Source: an uncultured Candidatus Rokubacteria bacterium (GTDB lineage Bacteria; Methylomirabilota; Methylomirabilia; Rokubacteriales; CSP1-6). From it: a stretch of 64,000 nt of DNA. This document shows, piece by piece, positions 19,800-31,844 of this stretch. Below the pieces are notes generated by a model. It did no database searches. It had not been told where the DNA came from and saw only the letters and a list, made by a program, of their open reading frames with translations. Each line of letters begins with the position of its first letter. Within the stretch, counting starts at the first letter, position 1. The position numbers and the translations under genes were made by a program. Where the stretch lies: assembly GCA_963789955.1 (NCBI GenBank), contig CAWBMV010000015.1, forward strand, positions 64,001 through 128,000. Direction: 5' to 3'.

Positions 19800-21194
19800 T
19801 CACTCCATCGTCCGAACGTTGGGCGCGACCGCGATCTCCATCTCTGTCAGCGCGATCACGTCCTTGGGCGTGAACCCGGGCGCCACGGCGTCGAGGACGA
19901 AGCGGTCCTTGTCCCAGCGCAGCAGCGCCAGATCGGTCACCACGTAGCTGACGCACGCTTTGCCGGTCAGCGGGTAGGTGCATTTCCGCCGTAGCTTCGG
20001 GCGGCCCTTGCTGTCGACGTGCTCCATCACGATGATCAGGTCGCCCTTGCCGGACAGCAGGTCCATCGCGCCGCCGATGCCGCCGCGCTTGGCGTCGGCC
20101 GTGCTCCAGTTCGCGACGCTGCCGTGCTCGTCGACTTCGTAGGCCCCGAGGATGACGGTGTCGATCTGGCCGCCGCGCGCCATCTCGAATGAGGTGACGC
20201 TGTCGAAGAACGACGCGCCGCGGTTCAGCGCGACGAACTGGCCGGCGGCGTTGTAGATGTCCGGATCGATCTCGTTCTCGTCCGAGACCATCCGGCCGTA
20301 GCCGAGGACGCCGTTCTCGGCGTGCAGGATCACGTCGCGACCCTCGAGATAGTTCGACACCATCGTGGGGATGCCGACGCCGAGATTCACGTAGGTGCCT
20401 TCCTTGACGAGCTTGGCCGCGTTCCTCGCGATGCCTTCGCGCGTCAGCGCCGGCTTGCCGTCGTAGAGGCGCGGCTGGTCCGCGGGGCGTCGCGCCGGCC
20501 GACGCCAGGCCTTGCCGTCGACCACGTGCGTCGTCTTGACGACGCGCGACACGAAGATCCCGGGCAGATCGATCAGCTCGGGCGCGATCTCGCCGGGCTC
20601 GACGATCTCGTCCACTTCGACGATCGCGACCCGCGCGGCCTTGGCGAAGCTCGGATTGAAATTCTGGCTCCCGCCGCGGAACTGGACGTTGCCGAGACGG
20701 TCCGCGCGGTAGCCTCGCAGCAGGGCGTAGTCCACATGGATCGCGTGTTCGAGGACGTGGCGCTTGCCCTCGAACTCGCGGATCTCCCGTCCCGTCGCGA
20801 GGTCGGTGTCGACACCGGTCGGCGAGTAGAACGCCGGGATTCCGGCGCCGCCCGCGCGGCAGCGCTCGACCAGGATGCCCTGGGGAACCAGCTCGACCTC
20901 CATCTTGCCGGCCGCGATCTGCTCCTCGCTCGCGGTCGGCGTGCCCGGCCGCACGGAGAACGCCGCGATCAGCTTCTTCACCTGGTTGTTCTCGGCGAGG
21001 ATCTGACCGCGGGTCGCGCCGGCGTCGCCGAGCGAATTGCAGACGAGGGTCAGATCTTTCGTTTTCTGATCGCGCAGGGCGCAAATCAGGGCCGTCGCAA
21101 ACCGGTGCGCGACGCCGAACCCGGCGATGGCCACCGTCGCGCCGTCGGGGATGTCCGCGACGGCCTGCTCGGGCGAGGCAACGATCTTGTTCAT
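19800..21194 (-). CDS. 3-oxoacid CoA-transferase, fused A+B subunits (class I)
   Basis: MNKIV..AVADIPDGATVAIAGFG, PQGILVERCRAGGAGIPAFY, VNLGVGIPT, active-site HAENG, GIGGAMDL, CTYPLTG. Confidence 0.92.
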   Translation of the reverse strand: MNKIVASPEQAVADIPDGATVAIAGFGVAHRFATALICALRDQKTKDLTLVCNSLGDAGATRGQILAENNQVKKLIAAFSVRPGTPTASEEQIAAGKMEVELVPQGILVERCRAGGAGIPAFYSPTGVDTDLATGREIREFEGKRHVLEHAIHVDYALLRGYRADRLGNVQFRGGSQNFNPSFAKAARVAIVEVDEIVEPGEIAPELIDLPGIFVSRVVKTTHVVDGKAWRRPARRPADQPRLYDGKPALTREGIARNAAKLVKEGTYVNLGVGIPTMVSNYLEGRDVILHAENGVLGYGRMVSDENEIDPDIYNAAGQFVALNRGASFFDSVTSFEMARGGQIDTVILGAYEVDEHGSVANWSTADAKRGGIGGAMDLLSGKGDLIIVMEHVDSKGRPKLRRKCTYPLTGKACVSYVVTDLALLRWDKDRFVLDAVAPGFTPKDVIALTEMEIAVAPNVRTME

Positions 21195-21236
21195 GGCGGT
21201 CTCACCTCTCGAGGTTGGTAGAGCTCGAGTAGATCA

Positions 21237-23209
21237 TCACGGCAGCGCGAACGCGACGATATAGTCGCCGGGCTTCGTCCTCAAAGCGGTGTGCCCACCG
21301 GCGGCGATCACGACGAACTGTTTGCCGCTCGGCGCACGGTACGTCATCGGCGTCGCCTGCGCGCTCGCCGGCAGCTCACCGCTCCAGAGCACTGTTCCCG
21401 GTCTCGATGTCGAAGGCGCGCAACGTCGTGTCGCGCGCCGCGCCGATGAAGATCAGTCCGCTCGCGGTCGTGAGGGCGCCGCCGACAGTTCGACCGAGCC
21501 CTGGAATCGTCGGCAGCTCCGGCGACGTGCCGAGCGGCACTTCCCAGCGGACGTCGCCGGTCGCGAGATCGACGGCGGTCAGCGCGCCCCACGGCGGCGG
21601 GTTGCACGGCAGGCCGCCCGGCGACGACCAGCGCCTCGCGATACATCCCGTAGGGCGTGCCGCGCTGCGGAGCGAACTCGCGGCCCGGGCGCGCGGCCGC
21701 GGCGCGCTCCGCGCTGGTACCGGTCGCGCGGAACCAGCGTGACCACGAACGCGAGGCGATTCGTGGCGGCGATCAGCAGCCCGCGCACCGGATCGTACGA
21801 GACGCTGCCCCAGTTCATCGCCGCCGACGTAGCCGGGAAAGATGACGGTGCCCTCGAAGCTCGGCGGCGTGAAGATGCCCTCGGACCGCAGCCGCGAGAT
21901 CCGCGCGCGACACGCATCGCGCTCGTCCGGCGTCAGTCCCCACGCATCGTCCGCGGTGAGGCGCGCGGGCACCGAGCGGGCGAGGCCGGATCGGAAACGG
22001 CTGCGTCGGTGACGCTTCCTCCCCGGGCACGGTGCTCTTCGGGACGGCGCGCTCCTCGACGGGAAAGAGCGGCGCGCCGGTGTCGCGATGCAGGACGAAG
22101 ACGTGGCCCATCTTGGTCGCGACGACGACGGCGGGAACGGGCTTCCCCTCCCGAGTCACGTTGACGAGGACGGGCTGAGCGGGCACGTCGTAGTCCCACA
22201 GGTCGTGATGCACGACCTGGAAGTGCCAGACGACGTCGCCCGTCGCCGCCCGTAGCGCCACCACCGAGTTCGCGTAGACGTTCGCGCCGAGCCGCTCGCC
22301 GCCGTAGAAGTCGGGGCTCGGGCTGCTCGTGGGGACGAAGACGAGCCCGCGTTCCGCATCGACCGACATCACCGACCACACGTTGGCCGCGCCGGTACGG
22401 CGCCAGCTGTCGCCGGCCCACGTCGCGCGCGCGGGATCCGACTCGCGCGTCGGGATCGGATCCCAGCTCCAGCGGAGCGCGCCGCTGCGCGCGTCGTACG
22501 CGCGGACGACGCCGCGCTCGAGGTCCGCGGCGCGGTTGTCGCCGATCGAGGAGCCGACGACCACGAGCCCGTTCACGATCGCCGGCGGCGACGTCACCTG
22601 ATAGCAGCGGCAATCGTCGAGGACGTCGATGCCCTCCGTGAGGTCGACCGTGCCGCCGCGGCCGAAGTCGGCGCACGGCGCCCCGGTCGCCGCGTCGAGG
22701 GCGACGAGCCGCGCGTCGATGGTGCCGAGGAAGATGCGACGGCGACACGCGCGGTCGGCGCGAGCCTCGACATCGAGCCACGTGGAGACGCCCCGCGACG
22801 TGGCGATCGCGACGCGGCGCGTGCGATCGACCTTCGCGTCCCAGGCCCAGCGTTCGTTCCCGGTCTCGGCGTCGAGCGCGATCACGCGGTTGTACGGCGT
22901 GCTGAAGAAGAGCGTGCCGTCCACCATGAGCGGCGTGGCCTCGAAGGCGTAGTGCGCCCAGGGGCCCGGCACGCCGACGGTCTCGCCCGTCCGGTAGGTC
23001 CACGCGACGCGCAGGCGCGCGACGTTCTCACGGTCGATCTGGGTCAGCGGCGAGTAGCGGGTGCCGCCGGCGTCGTTGCCGTAGCTCGGCCACTCGCCGC
23101 GCGAGACGGAATCGCCGCGCAGCGCGGGCAGGCAGCCGGCGAGCAGCAGTGTGACGATCGCGAGCGAGCCGATGCTCGAGGTCAGACGAGCGCGAAGGCT
23201 ACGAGGCAC
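21237..23209 (-). CDS. PQQ-dependent (glucose/quinate-type) dehydrogenase lipoprotein; frameshifts in 3' third
   Basis: LLAG-C lipobox, WPSYGND.GGTRYSPLTQI, EATPL, HFQVVHHDLWDYD, ATKMG, PPWGALTAVDL, YVIAAGGH, GDYIVAFALP. Confidence 0.88.
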
Positions 23210-24611
23210 GCGCCGGCCACACCGGCTCGTTGTGGCCGAGCGGAACCGACGGCCGGGCCCAGCGCGGCGCGGTCTCGGACATGCGCAGCACGGGTCCGAG
23301 ATGACGCAGGCGGCCGACCGGCGTCTCGCTCGTGATCGACCAGCGCTCGAGCTCCGACGGGGTGAACTCCTTCGCCACGTCCTGGAGCTCGGCCTCGGGC
23401 ACCTGACCGCGCCCGACGAGCCAGCGCCCGGTCTGCGCGAGCGAGATCCGCACGAGCCAGCTGCCGCCCTCGCGGGCCCGGCGCGCGAGCGCGACCATCG
23501 CGCCGAAGGCCATGAGATAGCCGGTCAGATAGTCGATCGCCGACACCGGATAGAACTGCGGACCCGGCGCCGAGCCGGGAAAGAGATCACCCTGGCGGCT
23601 CGTGATGCCGCTGACCGTCTGCACCACCGTGTCGAAGCCCCGCCGTGACGCCCACGGTCCGACGTGGCCGAAGGCGCACAGCGAGACGAAGACGATCCCG
23701 GGGCGCAGCTTCGCGAGTGTCTCGGGCGAGAACCCGCGAGTGCCGAGCGTTCCCGGGCGATACCCCTGCGAGAAGACGTCGGTCTCGCGCACCAGCCCGC
23801 GCAAGATCTCGACGTCCTTCGGCTCGCGCAGATCCAGGTGGGCGGAGAGCTTGCCGTGGCCGGTGTCGTATTCCTGGTAACCGATGTTCGGCAGGTGCGC
23901 CCCGGTGATCTTCAGGACGTCGGCGCCGTGCTCGGCCAGGGTGCGGGCGCACGTCGGCCCGGCGAGGACGCGCGTCAGGTCGAGCACGCGGATGCCCGAC
24001 AGCGGGCGATCCCCGGCGGGCAGTTTCTCCGGCGAGCTCTCGCCGATCTTGACGATCTCCATCAGCGGCAGCGAAGCGATCGCGGCGGCCTGCGGGTGCT
24101 TGGCCCATTCGTCCATCGTGCGCACCATGCCGCCGGCGCCCTTCGCGGCGATGATCGCTTCCTCGAGCTCGAGCGCGTCCCACTGCGCGACCGCCTTGCG
24201 GACCGCCTCGCGGTCTTCCGGCACGCCGAGCACGCTCAGAGCGGCGGCGCGATGGTTCGGAAAATTGCAGTGCAGGTAGCTCCAGCGGCCGTTCTTGGCT
24301 GGATAGACGCCCATCACCGTGTTGCGCTCGGTCGACACGTGCGCGCCGTCCATCTTCAAGTAGTGCCCGCTGCGGAGCGACGCCGTCGCCTGGCGGGTGT
24401 CGACCGCGATCTCCTGGCGCCGCCCGGTGCGCAGCGCCCACAGATCGGAGACCGCGAGGCCGACGGCCGCGAGCGCGGCGGCGCTGGTGTCGCCGATGCG
24501 GAACGGCGTCGGCAAGATCGGATCGGTGCCGCCGGTGATCTCGACTTCGCGGGCACGGTCGTCGCCCCAGCCGGCCACCGGCAAGATCGTGCGCAGTGCA
24601 TCGTTGGTCAT
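23199..24611 (-). CDS. CoA-transferase family III, long type
   Basis: ITGGTDPILPTPFRIG N-domain; PLSGIRVLDLTRVLAGP, GHGKLS, QGYRPG, RRGFD, AIDYLTGY. Confidence 0.9.
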   Translation of the reverse strand: MTNDALRTILPVAGWGDDRAREVEITGGTDPILPTPFRIGDTSAAALAAVGLAVSDLWALRTGRRQEIAVDTRQATASLRSGHYLKMDGAHVSTERNTVMGVYPAKNGRWSYLHCNFPNHRAAALSVLGVPEDREAVRKAVAQWDALELEEAIIAAKGAGGMVRTMDEWAKHPQAAAIASLPLMEIVKIGESSPEKLPAGDRPLSGIRVLDLTRVLAGPTCARTLAEHGADVLKITGAHLPNIGYQEYDTGHGKLSAHLDLREPKDVEILRGLVRETDVFSQGYRPGTLGTRGFSPETLAKLRPGIVFVSLCAFGHVGPWASRRGFDTVVQTVSGITSRQGDLFPGSAPGPQFYPVSAIDYLTGYLMAFGAMVALARRAREGGSWLVRISLAQTGRWLVGRGQVPEAELQDVAKEFTPSELERWSITSETPVGRLRHLGPVLRMSETAPRWARPSVPLGHNEPVWPARAS

Positions 24612-24620
24612 GGTCAGCCT

Positions 24621-25179
24621 CTACGCCGTCAGCGGCTTTTCCGTGGCGTGTGCCGGCGCTTCCAGCTCATAGGTGTTCATGTTGTACGCGAGTACCGCGT
24701 AGCACGCGACCAGATTCGTCAAGGTCATGGCTCCGCGCTGACCGAAGCGCGCCGTCGCGGCGTCGAACGTGGGCCGGCTCACCTTGCGATGCTGGAGCAG
24801 CTCGCGGGTGAAGTCGATGACGGTTTGCTCGTCCGGGTCGAGGTTCACGAGCGGGCGCTTGTCGCGAATGTTGTCGACGATGTCGCCGCGCAGGCCGGCC
24901 TGCCGGGCGGCGGCGGCGTGTGCATACCAGATGAAGGCGCAGCCCATCTCGGCGGCGACGGAGATCATGACCAGCTCCTGAAGCCGCTGCGGCAGGCTGG
25001 CCTCGTCGCGAATGTAGGTTCGCAGACGCCTCGAGTCGCTGCGCCATCTCCGGCATGTGCAGCAGCAGCGAGTAGGGACCGATGTTTGGACGGCCCGCGC
25101 GGCTCAGCATGAAGGCGTCGTACGCGGGTTTTTCTTTCTCGGCGATCTGATCTCGCGTGACGAGCGGTATACGAGCCAT
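24621..25179 (-). CDS. Carboxymuconolactone decarboxylase/AhpD-family protein (frameshift near 25020)
   Basis: MARIPLVTRDQI..GPYSLLLHMP, then ELVMISVAAEMGCAFIWYAH..LVACYAVL; paralog of 17006-17569. Confidence 0.8.
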
Positions 25180-25194
25180 GAATTCTCCCTTGAG

Positions 25195-25979
25195 TTACTG
25201 GCCGGCGGAGGTCGCCGCCTGCCGCATCTTCTGTAGATAGGCCTCGCTGCTCTGCTGGAGCAGTCGGCCCACGGTGCTGTGGAAGTACTGCACGCCCAGG
25301 CCCAGAAACTTCGGGATGAGATTGTCCGGGCAGCTGCATCCGGCGATCCGCCCGGCGCCGGTGATCGTCTTCACGCCGCGCTCCATCATGTTCTGCACGT
25401 CCGGATGCGTCGGCTGCCCCGTGTAACCCATCGATTGCGAGAGGTCGCCGGAGCCGATGAAGTAGACGTCGACACCCGGCACGGTGACCAGCTCGGGCAG
25501 GTTGTCGATCGCCTCGACTTCCTCGAGCATCAAGCACACCAAGGTCTGGCGGTTGGCTTCCTTCGGCGTAGTCCGCGGTGGTGCCCTTGAATCCGTAGCC
25601 GGCGGGCCGGCCGCCGCTGAAAATACCGCGGTGCCCCTCCGGCGCGTACTTCACCGCGTCGACGGCGGCCCGGGCTTCGGCGGCCGTGTTGACGTGAGGA
25701 ACCTGCACGCCCCAGGCGCCCCGATCCAGGAACGGCGCGATGATCTCGGGCTTGTTGCCGACCGGGCGCACGATCGGCGCCATCCCGGTGAGCTCGGCGG
25801 CGGCGATGCACGCCTCGGCGGTGTCGACGGTGATGGAGCCGTGCTCGTTGTCGAGCAGGATCCAGTCGAAGCCGAGGTGGCCGAGCATCTCCACCACGGC
25901 CGGTGAGGGGAAGGTGCACATGACGCCGAAGGCGGCCTTGGCCGGCGTAGAGCCTGTGCTTGAGCGTGTTCTCTCGCAT
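25195..25979 (-). CDS. HpcH/HpaI aldolase-family protein (frameshifts)
   Basis: GFDWILLDNEHG, FLDRGAWGVQVPHV, KYAPEGHRG, LMLEEVEA, FIGSGDLSQSMG. Confidence 0.88.
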
Positions 25980-26007
25980 GGCCGGGAGTATACGCCGCGA
26001 GCGCGGC

Positions 26008-27016
26008 TCAGGCGCGGAGCGTGCCCTCGGCGAGCGCGATCAACGCGTCTTGAATGCGCCGGTCGATCTCGATGCCGTCGCGCGTGAGGCGCGCGCGCTC
26101 GCGATACCCGCGCTCGCCCGGGATGCGGATCTCGGCGACGCCTTCCTGGCGCGGCGTCGCCTTGATCGCGGCGATCTCCGCCGGCCAGCGCGCGTCGATA
26201 GTCGTCCAGCGGAACGAACAGATCGGGCTTGAACGCGATGAAAAGATATCCGGTGCTCTCCTCGGTCGGTACCGCGCTGCAGAGCACGCCGAGCGCGTGC
26301 GTGGCGAGCGCCAGCGCGTAGCCCTTGTGCCCGCCGAACGGCAAGATCGCGCCGCGCCGCGCGGCCTCGGCATCCGTCGTGGGACGACCACGCTCGTCGA
26401 GCGCCACGCCTTCCGGCAGCGGAATGCCGAGGCGCTGGCGGAACTGGAGATCGGTGCCCATGAACGCGGAGGTGCCGAGGTCGATCACGAGCGGATCGCC
26501 GTCCATCGGAAAACCGAACGCGATCGGATTAGTGCCGAGCGCCGGCTGCGCACCGCCCGGCGGAGCGACCATCGGCGGCGCGGCCACGGTGTGGATGGCG
26601 ATCAGGCCGGCGCGCGCCGCCATCTCGACGTAGTAGGCACTGCGCCCGCTCATCCAGATGTTGTTGACCGCCACCAGCGCGAAGCCGTGCGCCTGCGCGC
26701 GCTCGATCACGGCTCGCGTCGCGTAGTACATCCCGAGCATGCCGCTCTGGTTGCCGCCGTCGAAGAGCACCGACACGCTCGTCTCCTTGACGACGCGCAT
26801 CGGGTGGCGCGGAGCCTTGAAGAACGGATGATCGGCGACGTTCAGCAGCTTCGGGAGACCGGAATACTCGTAGCCGCAGACCGCGGCGTCGAGCACGTGG
26901 TCGGCGAGGATGCGGGCCTCCGCGGGCTCGTATCCGATCCCGCGCATGGCGCTCTCGGACAGCGTGCGGGCCTCGGCGACGCTCAGGTGAAGCCGGTCGC
27001 TGGACGCGGCCGGCAT
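26008..27016 (-). CDS. Ldh_2-family oxidoreductase (AllD/ComC/DpkA-like); frameshift near 26180
   Basis: LFDGGNQSG, LGTNPIAFGFP, VIDLGTSA, ALDERGRPTTD, LPFGGHKGYAL, IRIPGER. Confidence 0.88.
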
Positions 27017-27021
27017 CGGGA

Positions 27022-27786
27022 TCACGCGCCCGGCGTGACGGTGCGATCGACCACGCTCATGCCCTCGAGCGCCAGGCCATAGCCCAGATAGTCGATCAGC
27101 TGCCGCTTGAGCGGCTGCGTGAAGAGCACACGCGTGTAGCGAAGCAGAAGCGCCGGTTGCCTGGCGATCTGCTCGGCCAGCGCCCAGGCGCGCGGCAGGA
27201 GATCGGGGCGCGGCAGCAGCTCGCTGACCAGCCCCAGCTCGAGTGCCTTCCGCGCGTCGAGGGTCTGCCCGGTCAGCAAGAAGTAGCGGCCGCGATTCCA
27301 GCCGAGCAGCAGCGGATAGATGATGTGCATGCCGTCGCCGGGGACCATCCCGTTCGGGAAGTGGGCCGAGTCCTGGAACTGCACGTCGTCGGCGGCGAGG
27401 ACGATGTCGCACAGGAGCGGAATCTCCGAATGCCTCCAGGCCGGGCCGTTGATGGCACCGATCATCGGCACCTCGATGTCGAGCAGGCTCATCAGCAGAT
27501 GCTTGCCCTCCCAGTAGACGCGATCCCACTGCGCCGGCGTGCTGCGCATGCCGGTGCCCCCGGCCGCGCGCGGACCGGAGTACGTATCACCCGTGCCGGT
27601 GAGGATCACGACCTTGTTCTCGGGATCGCTTCCGACGTCGCGAAAGGCCTGAGGAAACTCGCCGTGGGGCAGGAGTCCCCACTGCAACGGGCCGCCGTTG
27701 GTGTGAAACGTCATCTGCAAGATGCCGTCGCGGCGCTCCATGCGGATCGTCTGGAATTTCGTCGCGTAGTCGTCGAAGCGCGCCAT
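27022..27786 (-). CDS. Crotonase-family protein, 6-oxocamphor hydrolase/beta-diketone hydrolase-like
   Basis: HTNGGPLQW, EGKHLLMSLLDIEVPMIGAINGPAWRHSEIPLLCD, FQDSAHFPNGMVPGDG, RGRYFLLTGQ. Confidence 0.82.
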   Translation of the reverse strand: MARFDDYATKFQTIRMERRDGILQMTFHTNGGPLQWGLLPHGEFPQAFRDVGSDPENKVVILTGTGDTYSGPRAAGGTGMRSTPAQWDRVYWEGKHLLMSLLDIEVPMIGAINGPAWRHSEIPLLCDIVLAADDVQFQDSAHFPNGMVPGDGMHIIYPLLLGWNRGRYFLLTGQTLDARKALELGLVSELLPRPDLLPRAWALAEQIARQPALLLRYTRVLFTQPLKRQLIDYLGYGLALEGMSVVDRTVTPGA

Positions 27787-27923
27787 CGGATTCGATCCTC
27801 CTCGACCCAGGCGGGACAGGCCTCGTCACTCCGACCGAGCCTCGTTGGCGCGAACAGGATATAGTCGCGACGCGAGCTGTTCAACGCGGCCGAGAGCCGC
27901 CAGGTCATGCATTGGAGATCATC

Positions 27924-30531
27924 ATGGACGCTCAGGACGCACGCTCCGTTCCCGACCCCCGCACACCCAGCCGGGGTCCCTTGACCGGCATCCGTGTCAT
28001 CGAGCTGGCCGACGAGCAGGCTGAGTACTGCGGGCTGACCCTGGCGGGGCTCGGCGCCGACGTGATCAAGGTCGAGCCGCCGGGCGGCAACCCCACGCGC
28101 CGCATCGGCCCCTTCTACGAAGATCGCGAGGATCGCGAGCGCTCGCTGTTCTTCTGGCAGTACAACCGCGGCAAGCGCTCGATCGTGCTCGACCTGCAGC
28201 ATCCGGACGACCAGGATCGATTCCGTTCGCTCGTGGCCGGCGCGGATGTGCTGCTGGAGTCGACGCCGCGCGGCGAGCTCGACACGCGCGGGCTGAGCGC
28301 GGATTCACTGATGCGGCAGTCGCCGACTCTGATCGTCGCGCGGGTGTCGCCGTTCGGCGATTCCGGTCCGTGGGCCGACTTCAAGGGCTCGGACCTGGTG
28401 CACCTCGCCCTGGGCGGCGTGATGATGAACTGCGGCTACGATCCGGCGCCCGGCGGCACGTACGACCTGCCGCCGATCGCCCCGCAGATGTGGCACGCCT
28501 TCCACATCGCCGGCGAGCAGCTCGCGCTCTCGATCATCGCCGCGCTGCTGTTTCGCTGGCGGACGGGCCAGGGACAGCGCGTGTCGTGCGCGATCCACGA
28601 GGCGGTCGCGAAATCCACCGAGGTCGACCTGATGACGTGGGTGATGCGGCGCGCGCTCGTACTGCGGCAGACGTGCCGTCACGCGCGCGAGGGCATCACC
28701 CCGCATCCGTCGATCGTGCACACGAAGGACGGGCGCTGGGTGATGGCGAATCTCGGGACGCGTCCGGGCGACACGGCGGCGCTCGTGACCCTGCTCGAGA
28801 AGTACGGCATGGACGCCGGCCTCGACCCCGAGAAAGCCACCGTGCCGACGAGCGGACGGTTCGTGCCGGGCACCGGGCCGAGCACGGAGAAGCGCGATCA
28901 CGCCATGGAGGCCGTCCAGCGCTTCGTGCGCGCGTTCACCTACGAGAACGTGCCGTGGCGCGAAGCCCAGGAGGCCGGCATGCTCTGGGCCCCTCTGCGT
29001 AAGCCCCACGAGAACGCGATGGACCCGCACTGGCTCGCGCGCCGGAGCTGCACCGACGTCGAGCATCCGGAGCTCGGCCGCTCCTTCCGCTATGCGACGA
29101 GCAAATGGCTCGCGACTGGAACGACCTGGTCGGTCGGTCGCGCGCGCGCCGCTCCTGAACGAGGATGCGAAGACCGTGATGCTTCCGCGCGAGCGCGACC
29201 TGCCGGTGGTCGACGCCGCGGCGCGCGCGCCGGTCGGCGAGGGGCTCTCGCCGCGCGGCAAGCCGTTCCCGCTGAACAAGATCCGCATCCTCGACTTCAC
29301 GTGGTTCCTGGCCTCGGCCGGCGGTACGCGATTCCTCGCCGCGTTCGGCGCCGAGAGCATCAAGGTCGAGCTGAAGAGCCATCCCGACACGCGCATGGCC
29401 GCGATGGCGCCGGTCGGCGGTCGAGCGGCTCGCGATGCGGCGACCGGGCCGTTGCGCGGCGTGACCGATCCGGACATGGGCGGGCAGTTCAACAACAAGA
29501 ACCCGGGCAAGCGCGGGATCTCGCTGAACGTCCGGCACCCGAAGGGCCTGGAGATCGCGCGCCGCCTGGTGGCGATGTCGGACGTCGTCGCCGAGGGGTT
29601 CTCGCCCGGCGTGCTCGACAACTGGGGACTCGGTTACGACGCCCTGCGCGCGATCAAGCCCGACATCATCTACGTCCAGCAGTCCGGGATGGGCGCGAAA
29701 GGCACCTACGGCCGCTTTCGGACCGTGGGTCCGATCGCGAATTCGTTCTCGGGCTTGTCGGAGATGTCAGGACTCCCGGAGCCGGCGATGCCGGCCGGGT
29801 GGGGCTACTCGTATCTCGACTGGATGGGGGCCTACAGCTTTGCCCTCGCGATCCTCAGCGCGCTCTTCCATCGCGCGCGAACGGGCGAAGGGCAGTGGGT
29901 CGACGCCTCGCAGTCCGAGGTCGGGCTCATGATCAGCGGCACCAGCATCCTCGACTGGTCGGCCAACGGACGCATCTGGTCCCGCTACGGTAATCGCTCT
30001 CCGTACAAGCCGGCGGCGCCGCACAACGTCTACCCGTGCGCCGGCGTCGATCGATGGCTCACGATCGCCTGCTTCACGGACGCGGAGTGGCGCGCGCTGA
30101 CCGAGGTCGCCGGACATCCGGAGTGGGCGAGCGACGACCGCTTCAGGGATCTCGCCGCGCGGCTGGCGCACCAGGATGCGCTCGACGCGCTCGTCGGCGG
30201 CTGGACCAAGACGCGCGATGCGTACGAGACGATGTTCGCCCTGCAGCGCGCCGGCGTGCCGGCCGGCGTTTGCCAGACGGCGGCGGACCGCTGCGACAAC
30301 GATCCGCAGCTGGCGGCGCTCTCGTGGCTGACCGAGGTGACCGGCACGAAGATCGGCCGGTGGCCGCTCGCCGAGGTGCCCGTCAAGCTGAGCGAGAGCC
30401 CGGCGTACATCGGCGGGCGCATCGATCGCGGCGCGCCCTGCTACGGCGAGGACAACAACTACGTGTACGGCGAGCTGCTCGGGATGTCGTCCCAGGAGAT
30501 CAAGGCGCTCGCCGAGGAGGGCGTCATCTAG
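27924..30531 (+). CDS. Tandem two-domain CoA-transferase family III (BbsE/BbsF-like fusion); frameshift near 29140
   Basis: Domain 1 PLTGIRVIELA..YNRGKRS..PFGDSGP; domain 2 PLNKIRILDFTW..NPGKRG..EGFSPG..YSYLDWMG..APCYGEDN. Confidence 0.86.
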
Positions 30532-31834
30532 CGCGCGGCACGTCGCCGCTCAGCGGGCCGGCGAACTCGGCATTCGGCCCGAGCCGCGCCGCGACGCTTC
30601 TCGGCAACAACACGGTCATCCGGCCCTCGCTGCGCATCCGGCCGGCGATCGAGCCCGCGTCGGGGCTGTAGCCCCAATAGACGTCTCCGCGTACGGGACC
30701 ACGAATGGCTCCTCCGGTGTCCTGCATCACGAGCAGACGATGGAAGCGCTGGTCCGGCTTGGCCGTGTCCGGATCCGGCGCCGTCGTCTCGAGCCAGACC
30801 GGTACGCCGAGCGCGTGCACGGTGAGATCGACGGCAAGGCTCGCTTCCGGTGTCAGCGGCACGCCCTCGGCGCCGAGCGCTCCCAATGACGGGTCGCCGA
30901 TCGGCTGCTCGGTGAAGAACACGTAGGACGCGTTCGCGTTCATCAGCTGAGGAGCTTCGGCGGGATGCGCGAGAAGCCAGGCGCGTATCGACTGCATCGA
31001 GACCGTCTCGCGGCTGAGCTCGCCGCGCTGGATCAGGATCGCCCCGATCGGCGTGTAGGGCCGGCCGTTCTGCGCCGCATAGGCCGCGCGGACGACGGTT
31101 CCGTCGTCGAGAACGACCCGCCCCGACCCCTGAATCTGCAGGAAGAACGCGTCGACCGGATCGTCGACGAAGAGGATCGGCGCGGCCCCAGCCGGCCCGG
31201 CGACCTCGATCTCCGCTCGGGCGGGATAGGGAATCAAGCGTCCGTCCGCCACCTTGCCGACGATCCGCTGTCCCCTGAGATTGTCGCGGAACAGCCCGAG
31301 GTCGACGTTCACCAGGTCGACGGGAACACCGTAGAGCGGTGTTTGATAGGGACCGTGGCGTGTGCGGCTGCCCTTCAGCTGCGGCTCGTAGTAGCCCGTG
31401 AACAGGCCCGCGCCCGAGCCTTGCGCGACGCGGTAGGGCACGAATTCGGATTCGAAAAAACCGCGCACCGCGTCCGGATCATCGATCGAAACCTGCGCGG
31501 CCGTGACGCAGACCTGGCGCCACTCACCCGCGGTGCCCGCGTAGTTGACGCCTCCGAGCGGCGCGTCGTCAGGTCTGGCCGCGAGCGCGGCGCACGAGCG
31601 TAGGAACGCCTGCAGGGCGCTTCGTGGATCGCTTTGCGTCCACCCGTCGAGCTCGCCGGGTGATACGGCGTCGAGGCGAAGCAAGAGTGGAACGGCAGGT
31701 GGTGGCGCCGGGCTCGGCGCGGGGTCGGCGTCGGCGGCACCGGCGTCGTCACACAGCCGGCGAGAATCGCCGCGGCGAGCACGGCGATACGACCTCTCGA
31801 TCTCAGACGGAAAACCGCGCGCGCCGACGCGCAC
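30524..31834 (-). CDS. mltA: Membrane-bound lytic murein transglycosylase A (lipoprotein; indels near start)
   Basis: LAG-C lipobox, GLFTGYYEP, FFLQIQGSG, YAAQNGRPY, NASYVFF, SLAVD, QDTGGAIRGPVRGDVYWG. Confidence 0.9.
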   Translation of the reverse strand: MRVGARGFPSEIERSYRRARRGDSRRLCDDAGAADADPAPSPAPPPAVPLLLRLDAVSPGELDGWTQSDPRSALQAFLRSCAALAARPDDAPLGGVNYAGTAGEWRQVCVTAAQVSIDDPDAVRGFFESEFVPYRVAQGSGAGLFTGYYEPQLKGSRTRHGPYQTPLYGVPVDLVNVDLGLFRDNLRGQRIVGKVADGRLIPYPARAEIEVAGPAGAAPILFVDDPVDAFFLQIQGSGRVVLDDGTVVRAAYAAQNGRPYTPIGAILIQRGELSRETVSMQSIRAWLLAHPAEAPQLMNANASYVFFTEQPIGDPSLGALGAEGVPLTPEASLAVDLTVHALGVPVWLETTAPDPDTAKPDQRFHRLLVMQDTGGAIRGPVRGDVYWGYSPDAGSIAGRMRSEGRMTVLLPRSVAARLGPNAEFAGPLSGDVPRAR

Positions 31835-31844
31835 GTCCTCGAGC

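Noticed and set aside
24965..27529. 854-aa ORF joining Ldh_2 and HpaI sequence
   Set aside because: Mosaic of separate genes linked by frameshifts and stop-poor high-GC frames
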